From Eledone cirrhosa (Eukaryota), in NCBI GenBank assembly GCA_964016885.1, contig CAXHJY010000623.1, forward strand, positions 33,276 through 97,275: DNA of 64,000 nucleotides, given 5' to 3'. Shown here one piece after another: positions 42,186 to 56,109 of the stretch. A model generated the notes under the pieces. It ran no database searches. It was given only the letters and a program-made list of their open reading frames with translations, and was not told the origin of the DNA. Each line of letters starts with the position of its first letter. Within the stretch, counting starts at the first letter, position 1. The translations under genes and the position numbers were made by a program.

Positions 42186-42685
42186 CCTTCATATGTATAT
42201 ATTGAAAGAATAACCAAAGAATTTGCGGGCATCAAAACCTTTATTAATCGAGGTACGTTTTATAAATGAAAATAATCACTTAATTAATCTTAATCAATCT
42301 CATCAAGAATAAACAAATGAGTAAAAATATATTGAATAAGATATTACTAATTTAAGTCTAGTAAGACCATTATTCACCTTAGTATTCTATACAGAATGTA
42401 GATATTATTTCAACTTAACACTTTGGCATTTACATTACTCTATATTTACTATTGTATTTTCATGGTAAATGCTTTATCTCACATAATATTGAATCCATGA
42501 GATTTTGATGTTATTTATTTTGAGAACAATACCTTAACGTTGGTATGAATGGCTGGTTCCGGCTGGTTTGAACAGAAAAGGGTGAAAGAATTCTGGCTGG
42601 ATATGGCTGGTTTAAATCGTTTTGGTGGTTGGCTGGGAATAATTCCCATTTGAAACAGTTTAAACTGGACCGTAATGTTTGCATG

Positions 42686-43088
42686 TAATAATTGTTACTA
42701 CTTTTGGCACAAGGCCAGCAATTACCTAGTGCATTACTGGTACTTTATTTTATCGACCCCGTTTGCATATAATAATGGTTTCTGATTTAGGCACAAGGCC
42801 AGCAATTTTTGCGGAAGGGAAAAGTCTATTAATTGACTCCAGTGATTACTGGTACTTTATTTTATTGACACCTGTAAGGATTTGGGGTTTACATGTAATA
42901 ATTGTTTCTACGTTAGGCACAAGGCCAGCAAATACCCAGTGCATTACTGGTACTTTATTTTATCGACCCCGTAAGGATGAAAGGCAAAGTTAACCTTGGC
43001 GGGATTTGAACTCAGAATGGCAAGGGCCGTAACTCTATACGTCAAATCATGGCGTCCGACCCTCTACCAATACTGCCAATCCACCGCC
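42686..43088 (-). mobile_element. Cluster of three SINE copies or fragments
   Basis: 42686-42762, 42770-42880, 42897-43088. Confidence 0.88.
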
Positions 43089-43764
43089 ACCGGGGTTTAC
43101 ATGTAATAATAAATAATGCACACACACCGACACACACACACACACACACATGTGTATATATATATATATACATACAGACACACACACACACACAGAGTAG
43201 ATTCTGGGGTCAATCCCACGGCGTGGGGCGAGTGTTTTCTACTCTATCCTAGGGTTGACCGATACCTTGTGAATGGAATTTAGAAGATCTCTCTCTCACA
43301 CACACACATGCGACACCCCCACATTCTCTTACATACATACTCTCTCTTTTTCATATACATACATACTCTTTCTCCCGCGGCCTCCCGTTCTCTCTCTCCC
43401 ACCCGCCCCCTCTCACACTCTCTCCCTCTCTCTCACATACATACAGACACACCCTGGAGTCAAAAAGTTAATTGAAGGGGAAGGTTAATTTTCATTTCCT
43501 TTCTGTTATTTGTTTTGGTTTTCGCTATATTTTGATAAGGGGATAACATTGTAGGGGTGGGGGGAAGTTTTATTTAGAGTTTGAGTCTTTTGTGACAAAA
43601 ACTTGAAAAGAAAGAATAGGGGCCAATCGTCAGATCAGACCAAGTAAACAATGTTTTCGTTGGCCTTTCTATTGCTGATACTTTCTGTCAGTCGCAACTC
43701 CTGGCAGAAAAAAAAATCTTGTATAAAAGATTTGATTGTCAAAGATGACGTTAAAAATATAAAT

Positions 43765-43888
43765 ATTTGTTTCTACTTTTGGCACAAGGCCAGCAATTAT
43801 CCCAGTGTATTACTGGTACTTTATTTTATCGACCCCGTAAGGATGAAAGGCAAAGTTAACCTCGGCGGGATTTGAACTCAGAATGGCA
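43765..43888 (-). mobile_element. SINE 3' part, deleted form
   Basis: Same core. Confidence 0.88.
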
Positions 43889-44590
43889 AAAATATTATAT
43901 CAAGTTTGTTTCCCTTTTATGACGAGAAGAATATATATATTGGTGATTCATAATTAAACCTTCTCCCCTTTAAACAACAACGAATTTCACCTGCGCTGAA
44001 TGATCGATCAATGCCCTTTTCACACCATCGCCGAAAAGTTACACAACCCCCATCCCCGAAAAGTTACACAACCCCCGTCCCCACCGCTGGATACCCTCAA
44101 CCCTACCCCCACCACTGGATACCCCAACCCTACCCCCACCGCTGGATAACCCAACCCTACCTACCACTCTAGCTACAGTCATTTTTAGTCAATAGAGTGT
44201 GTTGTATGAGATAGGTGACTTAGTGTAGCCAATGACTGACTACCACGATACAACTTGCTATTATTCTGTTTAATGTTGTTTCTACGCCATATTCAGCTGG
44301 TGTGATGCTTGTTTTATTTCTCTATTTGTTGCCTTTGTAGTAAAGTAAATACATCATCAGCATCATTATTGAACAAATCGGAGAGGGCACTTTGCCCTAA
44401 CGAACAGGGTGACCGTGGCTTTTGTGGGATTTCTCCACGAGTGAGTGACCCTTGGAGTCTCCTCACCTTTGGGGAATTTGATTTTTTTTAGTCTCCGTTA
44501 TTTTACACAAAAACCCACATTTTATCGTCCCGTACCGTCTTTAATGTTTTCTTAATGTGAGACCAGTATAGTTAATAAAAAAATTTATTA

Positions 44591-45185
44591 GGGTGGTGGA
44601 TTGGCAATATTGGTAGAGCGTCGGACACCATGCTTTGCAGCATAGTTACAGCCCTTTAAGTTTTGAGTTCAAATGCCGCTGAGATAAGCTTTGCGGTGTC
44701 AATAAATAAAGCACCAGTTATGCACTGGGGTCGATTTAATCGATTTTCCCCTCCCACCAAAATTGTTGCCCTTGTGCCTAAAACAGAAACCTTTATTACT
44801 ATTATTACGATAAGGGTGGGCTTGAGTTCAAACCCTGCTATGGTACTGGGCTTGATTTAATTAACTTTGCCCTGCCCCTAAATTGCTGGCCTTGTGCCTA
44901 AATCAGAAAACATTATTAATATTATTTAAATAAAATACCAGTCACGAACTGGGTTCAATATAATCGACCGTCTACTCCCCATAAATTACTGGCTTTGTAC
45001 TTATGGTAGAAATCATTAGCACTAGGATTGGTAAGTTGTTAGAGCGTTGGGAAAATGTCTCATATTTGTTCCGGCTTTTTAAATTTTGAGTTCAAATCTC
45101 ACCGAAGTCAACTTTACCTTTCATTCTTCCGGGATCGATAAAATAAAGTATCATTCATCTATTTGCGTAAATATAATCGACTTGG
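44591..45185 (+). mobile_element. Cluster of about four SINE copies or fragments
   Basis: Repeated gagttcaaa B box and ttgtgcctaaa...gaaac tails. Confidence 0.85.
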
Positions 45186-45499
45186 ACCCAGTTCAAGCGA
45201 TTTGAGGGAGACGGACAAAGTTAAAAACCAGTAGTAGTAGTAGTAGTAGTAGTGATAGTAGTAGTAGTAGTAGTGTTATTAGAAGGTGGTCGGTTGTCTT
45301 ACGGTATTTAGTTATCTCCCTTTATTATTATTTTTTGTGTTGAAATATCGCCGTCCAGTTATATGCGTTGCATTACCCCATCCCTCATTCTCACACACAC
45401 ACACACATACACACATATATACACACATATATACACACATATATACACACACATATACACACACATATACACACACATATACACACACATATACATACA

Positions 45500-45555
45500 T
45501 TTTGTTTGTCTATAACTGTCTATCACATTTCTCATATCTCAATCTGTAAGATCTT

Positions 45556-45646
<91 letters not shown>

Positions 45647-45791
45647 TACACACACTCACAACCATATTGTTTGTCTATCTATAACCGTCTATCATATTTC
45701 TCATATCTCAATCTGTAAGATCTTCCACACACACACACAACATATATCTATATATATATATATATATACACATGCCCACACACATGTATAT

Positions 45792-45867
<76 letters not shown>

Positions 45868-46002
45868 ACACACTCACAACCATATTGTTTGTCTATCTAT
45901 AACCGTCTATCATATTTCTCATATCTCAATCTGTAAGATCTTCCACACACACACACAACATATATCTATATATATATATATATACACATGCCCACACACA
46001 TG

Positions 46003-46045
<43 letters not shown>

Positions 46046-46105
46046 TTGTTTGTCTATCTATAACCGTCTATCACATTTGTCATATCTCAATCTGTAAGAC
46101 TTTCC
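45500..46105. repeat. Tandem duplications of a ~170-190-bp microsatellite-containing unit
   Basis: ttgtttgtctatctataaccgtctatcatatttctcatatctcaatctgtaaga four times. Confidence 0.9.
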
Positions 46106-46554
46106 TACACACACACACACACACGCACGCACGCGCACACACACACACGCACGCACGCGCACACACACGCACGCACACACGCACGCACGCGCGCACACAC
46201 GTCGATCCGAACGAAGTGCGGCGTAGTCACTAACGCAGCGTGACTTAATTGGCTTAATGTAGTGTAGAGTTTTGGCACCGAGTATTAGGACAGACGTGGC
46301 AACATCTCTGTCACTAGACTTGCCTTCCTTTCACTCTACCTAGCCTTTCTTTTCCTTACCTGTCTTTATTCCTATAATGTCCTTCATTTCAGTCATGTCT
46401 AGACGACCAAAGCATGAACCAGTATAGCTAACGGGTGTTTCGTTGGGGAGAGGAAATATATAAAGCAAATGAAAAGCAATGGTGGACATTAACTGACCAC
46501 AACCTTTTTGTATAAATTGCTATCGTGACCTCTTATGTTCTCAGTCCCCAGTCT

Positions 46555-46832
46555 GCCATTTTCTTCCAGCAGATTGTGAGGAGAGCTTCTTGCCTGAGGG
46601 TGATGTAATGAGTTATGCAGCGAGTATCGCTGGCTATTCTCCGCTTTTGCTATATTTTCCGTGGAGCACAGCTGAGATATACACCACACAACCAAGATTG
46701 TAGGGTTCCCACCCAATTACTCCCACTACTTCTTTTTTATTATTTATTTTTGTTTTTCTACGCTTCTTTTTTCCCTCTTTCTGTTTGTAAATGTATATAC
46801 AACTAAACACGAAATTCTGAATCAATAAATGT
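46555..46832 (+). mobile_element. CRE-like LINE 3' fragment
   Basis: MQRVSLAILR, homologous to 25507 and 26370; ends with aataaa. Confidence 0.55.
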
Positions 46833-47466
46833 GTTTTCTGTTAAAGAATATGTAGCTCAAAGCAGTAGCCTTCTCATAATGTAACGTGCTTAGTCTCCGT
46901 GAGACTTATGTTAAGGGGTATGCGTATCTGTGGAATTCTCAATCAGTTGCACGTTAATTTCGTGAACAGCAACTGGAACACTCATCGTCGAAAACGACGG
47001 AGGCCTATTCCATGTTGTTAGGAAGTTCTCCCTCACCTCCTCTTTCAACGGTAAGCGAGGAATTAATCAGTTTTTGTCATCGGTATATTTACTATGCTAT
47101 ATCATCTGGACAACTTCCAAAGGCAACATTGACCTTGAAGTTCTCTACTGATAAATATCTTCAATTTCAATGAAACGAGACGCTTGCTCACCATTTAAAA
47201 CTCATCGGCGCCATCTTTTTTCCTGTTTGTTTGTTTTTTTTTTTCGTTTTTTGTTTTTTCTTTTCTTGTAGGTGGGTGTTTTGTTTCGTTTTGTTTTTTT
47301 GTTTTGTTTTAATATTTATGTAGACATATGTTGCATGGGATGTATGTGTAATTTTACATATGTATGTTCAAATGTTTGTATATATGCACTACTATCAGTG
47401 TACGAATCCGTATGCAATTTGTATGTGTTTATGATGCGTAAACGTATATAATGTGTGTGCATGTAA

Positions 47467-47515
<49 letters not shown>

Positions 47516-48283
47516 GTATATACGTGTATGTATATATATATAAGTATGGCGTTAAGACAGGTATGTGTAAATGAGATTAAGTAGGCATGTAAGTCTATAT
47601 ATGCATATATATATATACGCATATATACATGTACATATTCATTTTTATGTTTATAAGCGCACACACACACACATAATGTATGTCTGCATAAGTACGGACT
47701 GAATACAATATAACTTGACTTCGACAGTTCTATTATCAATCACTAGAGGTTTTAATCAAAGGCATTTCCTACTACTCGTGTTGTTGGCGTTAACAAGAGA
47801 AAATGGTGTTATATCTTGCAATGTGTTGATCTTATCTCTTCAGTAGCCTATATAAATAAATAATTCATGCTAAACTCTCTAGACTCTTCTAATCAGTTAT
47901 ACCGTTTGATTAATCTTATCTTACGGTCCTTTTGTAGCTTTTATTGTTGCACTAAACTATAGCTCTAAATCTATTTAACCTTTTTTATACCAAACGCCTG
48001 AAACTGTCTTTGGTTTCTATGATACGACACTGTTTATCTGAAGGTGTTCATAACAGACCCACCAACCTCTAAAAACCCAAACGGGGAGTATCATGAAAAA
48101 AAGTGCCCCCAAAACGGAGAGAAATGAGATAAAGTGGGGAGATTTTACATAATGAAAGCTATACTTATTTTCACAAGAGCAGACATCTCTCACCCATTCC
48201 AAAGTGGGTGGGGGATCTTCCCGTCGGACAGGGAGAGTTGACAGGTCTGTCATAATCAAATTTAAACCTTCTTCTTCGACCAC

Positions 48284-48512
48284 TTATTCTTGAGAGGGTC
48301 GTGACAGCAAAGTCCTCAAACACTCCTTCCAGCTGGTCCTGTCAGAAGCAACTATCTCCAACTGATCCGGGTGGATCCTCAAGCGAGACAAGCCAAGCTC
48401 AAGGATGTTATCCAGCCATCTTGCTCGGGGTCTACCCCTGAGTCTCCTGTCGACTGCTTTTGCCTGTAAAATCTGTCTAGCTATTCTTTCCTGAGACATT
48501 CTAACCACATGC
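48284..48512 (-). mobile_element. RTE LINE 3' end
   Basis: HVVRMSQERIARQIL...RGRPRARWLDNI...DRTSWK. Confidence 0.85.
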
Positions 48513-48746
48513 TCATAGTATCGGAGCTGTTCTCCAGTTAAATTCTATTTCAGAACTTTTTGTTAAATTATATTTAAACACCAGCTTCATAATGATAAAC
48601 TTAACTATATCATAAAATTCCTCTAAATTTTTAATTATTTTTTTTAAATGATTAAAATCATAAGCAAACATGCTTATCAAAGGAAAACATACCATTATGT
48701 GTGTCGAATGAGGTTCCTTTACGTGGTTATTCAATCTGCAATGTGA

Positions 48747-49050
48747 AGGTGCGTTGCTTAGTGGTTAGGTGTTCGATTAACGATTATAAGTTCGTGGTTT
48801 CGACCAACAGCGACAGGCTGTGTCCTTGAGCAAGACACTTCATTTCACGTTACTCAACTGGAAAGAATTAGTTATATCAGTAATTCCGAAGGCTAGCCGT
48901 GTCACATACTGTCACACTAAATCTCCTCGAGAACTGTGTTAAGGGTGGACGTTTTGTGGAACGCTTGACCATTTGTGTGTTAACTGCAAGTGCAAGTTGC
49001 TCCTTTCTTCGAACAAATGGAACAGTCGTTGTCATAACCGAGGGAGGCCC
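48747..49050 (+). mobile_element. tRNA-headed SINE-like repeat; body also at 2455-2560, 11760-11975, 21725-21915, 46880-47010 and 58660-58970
   Basis: Head ggtgcgttgcttagtggttagg; shared body gtggaatgctcagcca...gttaa...ggaaca. Confidence 0.65.
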
Positions 49051-49787
49051 AACACACACATGCACAATACACAATCTGCAAGAAATATCAGTTAAATCTC
49101 TCCTTAAAATTACACCCTACCATCTTCAATATTAGGACATATTGCATAATTTAGCCGTAACTACCTCTAAAATTGTCACGGTTGGATCATATAAGGTCAT
49201 ATATCTGCTCGATCTGTTACACCTCATGTTTCCCCAGCTAAATTCGATCGCTGGAAATCGAACTCGTGACTTAACGATCGTGAGCTGAACATTCTAATCA
49301 CTAGCCACGCGCCTTCATGCAGAATCATACAGTGACGCACACAGAGCGTAAAATATGAGTAACCGCCAACATATACGCCCTTCTATCCCCATCCCCTTCA
49401 GTTTATTGTTTCGGGTGTTACCGTAGATAATCGTTAATCGAACCAGCCAACCGTCCGGCGGTGAGTTGTCTGTCTCGTTGTAAGCCAGTATCGATCTCGG
49501 ATTTTCACTGTTTCATTTCACTTCCGTAACAAAAGCCTTTCGTGAAAGGGAAAAGCTTGATTGTCCATTTTCCTCTCCTATTCTCTCTATTTTGTAGTAA
49601 TAATAATAATAATAATGATAATAATAATAATAATTTAGTAAATAAAATATGTTTATTTGACAAAGGAGAGATCGATAAAATAAGTGCCAGACGTGTAAAA
49701 AATATTCCTACTGGATTTGATATGATCGAGTGAATCAAGGTGGTGCCCCCAGCATGGCTGCAGTCGAATGACTAAATCCAGTAATAA

Positions 49788-49973
49788 AATAATTGTTTCT
49801 ACTTTAGGCACAAGGCCAGCAATTAACCAGTACATTACTGGTACTTTATTTTATCGACCCCGTAAGGATGAAAGGCAAAGTTAACCTCGGTGGGATTTGA
49901 ACTCAGACTGTAAAGGGACGTAACTATGCTAGAAAGCATGGCGTCCAATCCTCTACCGATACTGCCAATCCAC
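49788..49973 (-). mobile_element. SINE major family, deleted form
   Basis: Same core. Confidence 0.9.
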
Positions 49974-50665
49974 ATAAATTAATATTTCCTGATTGTGTAA
50001 GAAATCATTATTAAGTATAGCCCTACCTCCTCCTCCCCTGTAGAACAAGGTAGGTTAAGGTGGGGGAGGGGTGGTGGTTATGCAAGCGAGACATACAGAC
50101 AGTTGTAAATAAAGGTATACGGGGTGGGGGGGGGAGGTCATGTAAGAAAGAATTACTAATATCACCCCTCCCACTCACACCGCCCCACCCCCACTCATTA
50201 TAAAGATTCTTCTAACAAAGGACTATTAGATGATAGGGGGAAGAGGAGGAGAGGGGTAGACAATGAGTTATGCAAGATATGAAGGTGGGAGGCAGGCAGA
50301 CAGACAGGCAGACTGAATAAAGAACTATAGATGTAATGAGCAGCTATAGATGGTGCAAGGAAGGGGAGATGTAATTGTTGAATGGCGGGGGAGGGAGATG
50401 TAAAGATACAGAATGTGGGGGAGGGGTGAGAAGGGGGAGATGAAATAGAAATATATAAAAATTCAGGGTGGGGAAGAGAGATGGCAGTGGAGGGTAATAT
50501 ATAGAGGTAGAGGGTGGATTGGAGGGTGGGTGTGGTGAAGGGAGGGGTTGAATGAGAGATATAGGAGAGGGGGGGGGCAAAGAGAAATAAATTAATATAT
50601 AGACTGGAAGTGATATGTATATGTACATTTATGTATATATGATATGCGTATATATATATATATGC

Positions 50666-50699
<34 letters not shown>

Positions 50700-50706
50700 G
50701 ATATGC

Positions 50707-50768
<62 letters not shown>

Positions 50769-50784
50769 ATATATGTTTGTATAT

Positions 50785-51185
50785 GCCAGGTCACTCTCGA
50801 GTGCTACTGGTAATATGTAACCCAGTACAACCTGTCTCATGGTCGGGACGTCGACGACTAAACCGGCAACCCCACCAAGCTTCTTGGTGAGAAGGGTGAT
50901 ATTTGGACACCCTGCGGGATGAAATACAAGACCCGGCAAAGGGAGGAGGAACTCGGCAGAGTCAACGGCCATCCAAATAGTACTTGTTTTCCACCTGGGA
51001 GTGAAAGGCCCCCAGTTGTTGTCACGACACCTTTCTAAGAGAGGGAAACTCTGAAAAGAAAACCTGTGGCTTCGGAAGCATCCAGCGATGTTGACCAGTT
51101 CTACTTTCGGGTAGTGTTTTAGATGCTCAGGGAGTGGGATTGGTCGAGTGCAAGGTCTTTCCCCACTTAAAAAAACCTTCAAAGC
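50785..51185 (+). mobile_element. Probable RTE-type LINE 5'UTR
   Basis: GC-balanced island with taaaccggc, ggaggaggaactc, gtcaacggcc and gagagggaaactctgaaa motifs that I recall from RTE 5'UTRs; no ORF support. Confidence 0.45.
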
Positions 51186-51633
51186 ACAGGCATTGCTTGT
51201 TCAGGATATGTCACAGGTTCGTGTGCCTGGCTATAGCCTAAAAGTGTACCATTTTCTGAAATCTGACAAGCGATTGCAATACTCTTAGAGTTTGTAGCCA
51301 TCATGTATGTGTATATGTGTATATACGCGTATATATACATATATATAATGTGTGTGTGCGTGTGTGGCACATACTATATTTAGAAAATGGCGAATGAAAT
51401 TGGACAATTGAATTATAAGTTTAAGCCATATTTTTTTTTTTTTTTACTACAGAAAATAGGCTAATAACAGGGCATATAAGTCCTCTGGACGGGGAAATGG
51501 GCAAAAAATACGGCAGAGGTTTCTAAATCAATTTTCGCGCGCGCGCGACGAGAGAATCAACAAACAAAAAGGCTCACTCTATTTATAAAGAGACCTAATT
51601 TATTATGAATCCTACTTTCGAAACAATTATAGC

Positions 51634-51800
51634 ACTACCTTAGGTTTCCTGGCTAGGCTTAGATTGAAAATTGCAGTCTGTTAAAGCCTGCCTGTCGCCA
51701 GGCATCAAATTCATAATGCCTGAATTTGATGTCCGAAGAAAAACAGGGTTTTACAGATTGTGGTTTGCAATCTTAGCCTACCCATGAAACCTCAAGTAGT
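51634..51800. mobile_element. Fold-back MITE-like element
   Basis: ~57-bp imperfect arms plus inner stem catcaaattca/tgaatttgatg. Confidence 0.7.
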
Positions 51801-51835
51801 TTTATATTTTGGATTTACGATTCGTAATATATATA

Positions 51836-52213
51836 CAGTTGAACCTCGCAGTACAAGTGCCCCATTGTACGAGTAATTTGCTGTACAAGCCGAGGCTTAT
51901 GCACATTTTTGTCTTGTACTGCGAGTGGAAATCCGCGGTACGAGCGAGTTTCATACAATTAATAAAACCAGTTTAATTATTTCTTTTGCATTCACTTTTA
52001 TTATGTTTTTTTATAATTGTCATTTTCCTTGTAACTGCACCTTTTGTGTTTTAAAACCTATAAAAAAATGATTTCTTGATGATTCGGTGGGGGGGGGGAG
52101 GATTATTTATATTTTAATTAATTTCAATGAGGAAAATTGATTTGTAAAACGAGTAAATCGTAAGACGAGCTCGGTCAAAGAACGAATTAAATTCATACTG
52201 CGAGGTACCACTA
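51836..52213. mobile_element. Tigger/pogo-type non-autonomous transposon
   Basis: TIRs cagttgaacctcgcagta / tactgcgaggtaccacta, TA flanks. Confidence 0.85.
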
Positions 52214-52243
52214 TATATATATGGCATCTTATAAACTCGTATT

Positions 52244-52329
52244 AGCGCCTGAAGAAAGGTCACTATTTTGATACCTCTTGTTTTCTGGAGGTATGGTCAA
52301 ATTTGGACCTCGAAACCTCGGGTAGCGCT
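52244..52329 (+). ncRNA. Type I hammerhead ribozyme with long stem II, in TA-flanked module 52222-52365
   Basis: agcgc-CTGAAGA-aaggtc...ttgatacctc/gaggtatggtcaa...gacctc-GAAAC-ctcgg-GTA-gcgct. Confidence 0.87.
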
Positions 52330-52360
52330 TTTGTTCCGTGAATAAACATAAATAAATAAT

Positions 52361-52399
<39 letters not shown>

Positions 52400-52452
52400 A
52401 TTCCTCTATTTATTATCATGATCTCTTTTGGGTGGCCATGTTACCCTTTGAC

Positions 52453-52598
52453 ATAATTGTTTCTACTTTAGGCACAAGGCCAGCAATTACCCAGTGCATT
52501 ACTGGTACTTTATTTTATCGACCCCGTAAGGATGAAAGGCAAAGTCAACCTCGGCGGGATTTGAACTCAGATCATAAAGGGACGTAACTATGCTGGAA
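52453..52598 (-). mobile_element. SINE major family, 5'-truncated, with TSD
   Basis: Same core; flanked by ccctttgacataat on both sides. Confidence 0.9.
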
Positions 52599-52830
52599 TG
52601 CCCTTTGACATAATGGACGAAAGACGAGACTACACTGACACACACATGCACACACGCTTGTATGAGTGTTTGTGCTTAAGCGCAATGTAATAATTTGTAA
52701 ATACGAAGGCCCGAGGAAGACAGAACAAATATATTTTCTCAAATAAACTTATCTAATTATCTATTCTAGTATAAAGCCAGACACCAACCGACATAATATT
52801 GTGCTTGTGTAATATAGTTAGTACACACAC

Positions 52831-52864
<34 letters not shown>

Positions 52865-52872
<8 letters not shown>

Positions 52873-53250
52873 TAACAGATTAAAGTTTAAGCAAAGAATC
52901 GCTGCTTTCACCCTTAACGGGATCTTCTGAAACTAACAAAGTCAATCTGTGAACGCAGAAGAGAATATTTCAAAAAACGTTGCAACCGGAGGAAGACAGG
53001 AAGACGATACATTGGAACCAATGTATCGTCTTCTTGTCTTCCTCCGGTTTTTGAAATATTCACTTCTGCGTTCACAGATTGACTTTGTTAGTTTCAGAAG
53101 ATCCCGTTAAGGGTGAAAGCAGCGATTCTTTGCTTAAACTTTAATCTGTTATTTTAATAAATATTTTCTCTACGGTTCTTATATATTTGATATATATTTA
53201 TCCTTATCGAGCCCTCTTTGGATTTTAGTCTTCAAATTTATTATTATTAC
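52865..53250 (+). repeat. 295-bp near-perfect palindrome plus 90-bp tail, flanked by (TA)n
   Basis: Arms 52865-53015 and 53018-53159, 2-nt loop, one 9-nt indel. Confidence 0.93.
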
Positions 53251-53714
53251 TATATATATATATATATATATATATATGGGTAATATTAAATATTATCCAA
53301 TTACAAGTATGAGAATATATATGTGTGTGTGTATGATATAATACCTAATGAAACCAATGTTGTTAAGTTAAATCCATATTACTGTCGACCTTAAATACGC
53401 ATAGAGCTTTACCAAAAATAACAATGGATTCCTCCACTAAAATTACCTATAAAGATAGAACTGTGTTTCTGATTAAAATATCATACAAAGTAGAAAATGA
53501 ACTTGATACCCGAGTAGAGCAACAAATTATATATTTTATGTCAACACCACCACTAATATCAGTACCACCAATACACCACCAACTACCAATACTACTATCA
53601 TCACACCTGCTGCTGGCATGATCATTACTACAAGCACTAATACTTTACACTCACCAAATACTTAGCAAACATCATTTTCTTTACCAAAATCACGTCTATA
53701 AGTTACAATCATCA

Positions 53715-54110
53715 ACATCACTACAACCGTCCTCTCCACCATCACTACAACCGTCCTCTCCACCATCACTACAACCGTCCTCTCCACCATCACTACAACC
53801 GTCCTCTCCACCACCACTACAACCGTCCTCTCCACCATCACTACAACCGTCCTCTCCACCATCACTACAACCGTCCTCTCCACCATCACTACAACCGTCC
53901 TCTCCACCATCACTACAACCGTCCTCTCCACCATCACTACAACCGTCCTCTCCACCATCACTACAACCGTCCTCTCCAACATCACTACAACCGTCCTCTC
54001 CACCATCACTACAACCGTCCTCTCCACCACACTACAACCGTCCTCTCCACCATCACTACAACCGTCCTCTCCACCACCACTACAACCGTCCTCTCCACCA
54101 TCACTACAAT
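53715..54110. repeat. 24-bp minisatellite, about 16 copies
   Basis: catcactacaaccgtcctctccac. Confidence 0.97.
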
Positions 54111-55063
54111 CATTATAACCCCTCACCAACACTATCACAGCTACTCCGAATTTCCAGTACTTCTATGACCAAATAGCTACAGTGCCAGCACAAAGAGTAA
54201 CAATGACCAACAACACTTTTATCATCAACCACCACCACCACCACCACTCCTAACACAAAACCAACATCACTTCTATCATCAACCACCATCACCACCACCA
54301 CCTCCACTACCTCTACCACCACCACCTCCACCACCACCACCACTCTTATCACCAACATCACTAACATAATACTAATATCAAGTGATGTCTGTACCACTCC
54401 CTATCAATTTACTATATATAATAAAAGCCTAATAATTTTGAATTGGTTACCTGAAAGAAAGACTAATAATAAAAATAATAATAAACAACAAAGATAGAGG
54501 GAAATGGTAGTTATTTCTCTATTTTTCAAGTTCTTTCTATTTATTGTGGAAGTGGCCGTCGTATTTTTGTTGTTGTTCTTGTTGAGTGTCTATACTTTGA
54601 TCTATTTTATAGTTATAATATTTTTCGATGTGTAATATTGGTCTTATTGATTTTGGTTAGGGTGGTATGTATTTCTTTCTTTATTTATTTATTGTATCCT
54701 GTTTAATAGAAAGTGAGGAGAGCGACATCAAAGGGAAGCAATTCAAAGTTTGTCTGTATTTATGTGAGGAGTATTTTTGTGAATGTATATAGGAGGCAAA
54801 AAACTCTACCTTCTTAACATTCTCTCCTTTTTTCTCTCTGTCCTTCCCTCTCTCTCTCATTTTTCCTTTTCTCTCCCTTTTTCATCCTTTTTCTCTCCCT
54901 TTCTCTCTTTCTCTCCCCCTCTCTCTCTCTTTTCTCCCCCTCTATTTTTTCCCCTTTTCTCCCCCTCTATTTTTTCCCTTTCTCCCTCTCTCTCTTTTCA
55001 TTTCCTCCCCTCTTTCTTTTCATTTTCCTCCTCTTTCTTTTCCTTTTTCTGCCCCTCTTTCTC

Positions 55064-55102
<39 letters not shown>

Positions 55103-56067
55103 CTCTCTATCTCTCTTTCTATCATACACACACGTTTGTTAGTGTATGAGATAGAATTGCCTAAGTTGGCTGGATAAAAAGTCATGTAAAATAAACATTA
55201 GCGCTGATCGTCTGCTGGAGTGTGGTGGCGGTATAGTGAGAGTCGAGAAGAGATTGGCGAGATGTGAGGTCATGAATTACCGAATGATGCTGAACGGAAG
55301 CTGACAGTGACATTGTCGACGGCGACGAGACTCCAGCATTTTATTTATTTAAGTTTTTGTTGTTGTTGTTGTTGTTGCTGTTTTTGTCTTTTTTTAATAA
55401 AAGCAACCGGTATTTCTGATTCTGTCTGGTTAGCCTTTTATCTATCTATTTCCCTATCTAGCTATCGATCTCTATATCTATCTACCACTAGCTATCTACC
55501 TCTATATATTTATCTCTCTCTATCTCTCTATCTATCTATCTATCTATCTATTTATACTTCTACATATGTATCTCTCGCAGTCACTTTCTAACTCTTTATA
55601 TATTTACCTGTTTCTTTCTATCCCCCTCACTCAAACTATTTATCTATACTTCTGCCTCTCCCTATCTCTCTTTCGCTCTCTCATGCATACATACATACAT
55701 TCATACATGGATACATACATACATTCGTACCACCATACATACCTACATACATATATACATACATACTTACATACTTACATACATACATATTTACACACAT
55801 TCATAGATACACACATTCATACCTACATAAATACACACATCGATACATACATATATACATACATATATATACATATACACATACGTATGTATGTATGTGT
55901 TTATATATATTTACTGTCTTATTCCATCCCCTTTTTCTTCATTTTCTCCGTTTCCCTCGCGTTTTCTCTTCTTTGTTCATATGTTTCTCTCTTTGTTTCT
56001 CCTTCTCTCCTTCACGTTCTGTCTCTGCTCTCTTTCTCTAGTCTCCATCTCCCTCTCTCTCTCTCTC

Positions 56068-56109
<42 letters not shown>

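Noticed and set aside
50785-50870. HDV-like ribozyme at the putative RTE 5' end
   Set aside because: I could not build the P1/P3/P1.1 nested pseudoknot by eye; needs a descriptor search.
53662-54138. MVERTVVV repeat protein
   Set aside because: In-frame reading of a 24-bp minisatellite with no codon-position bias or splice evidence.
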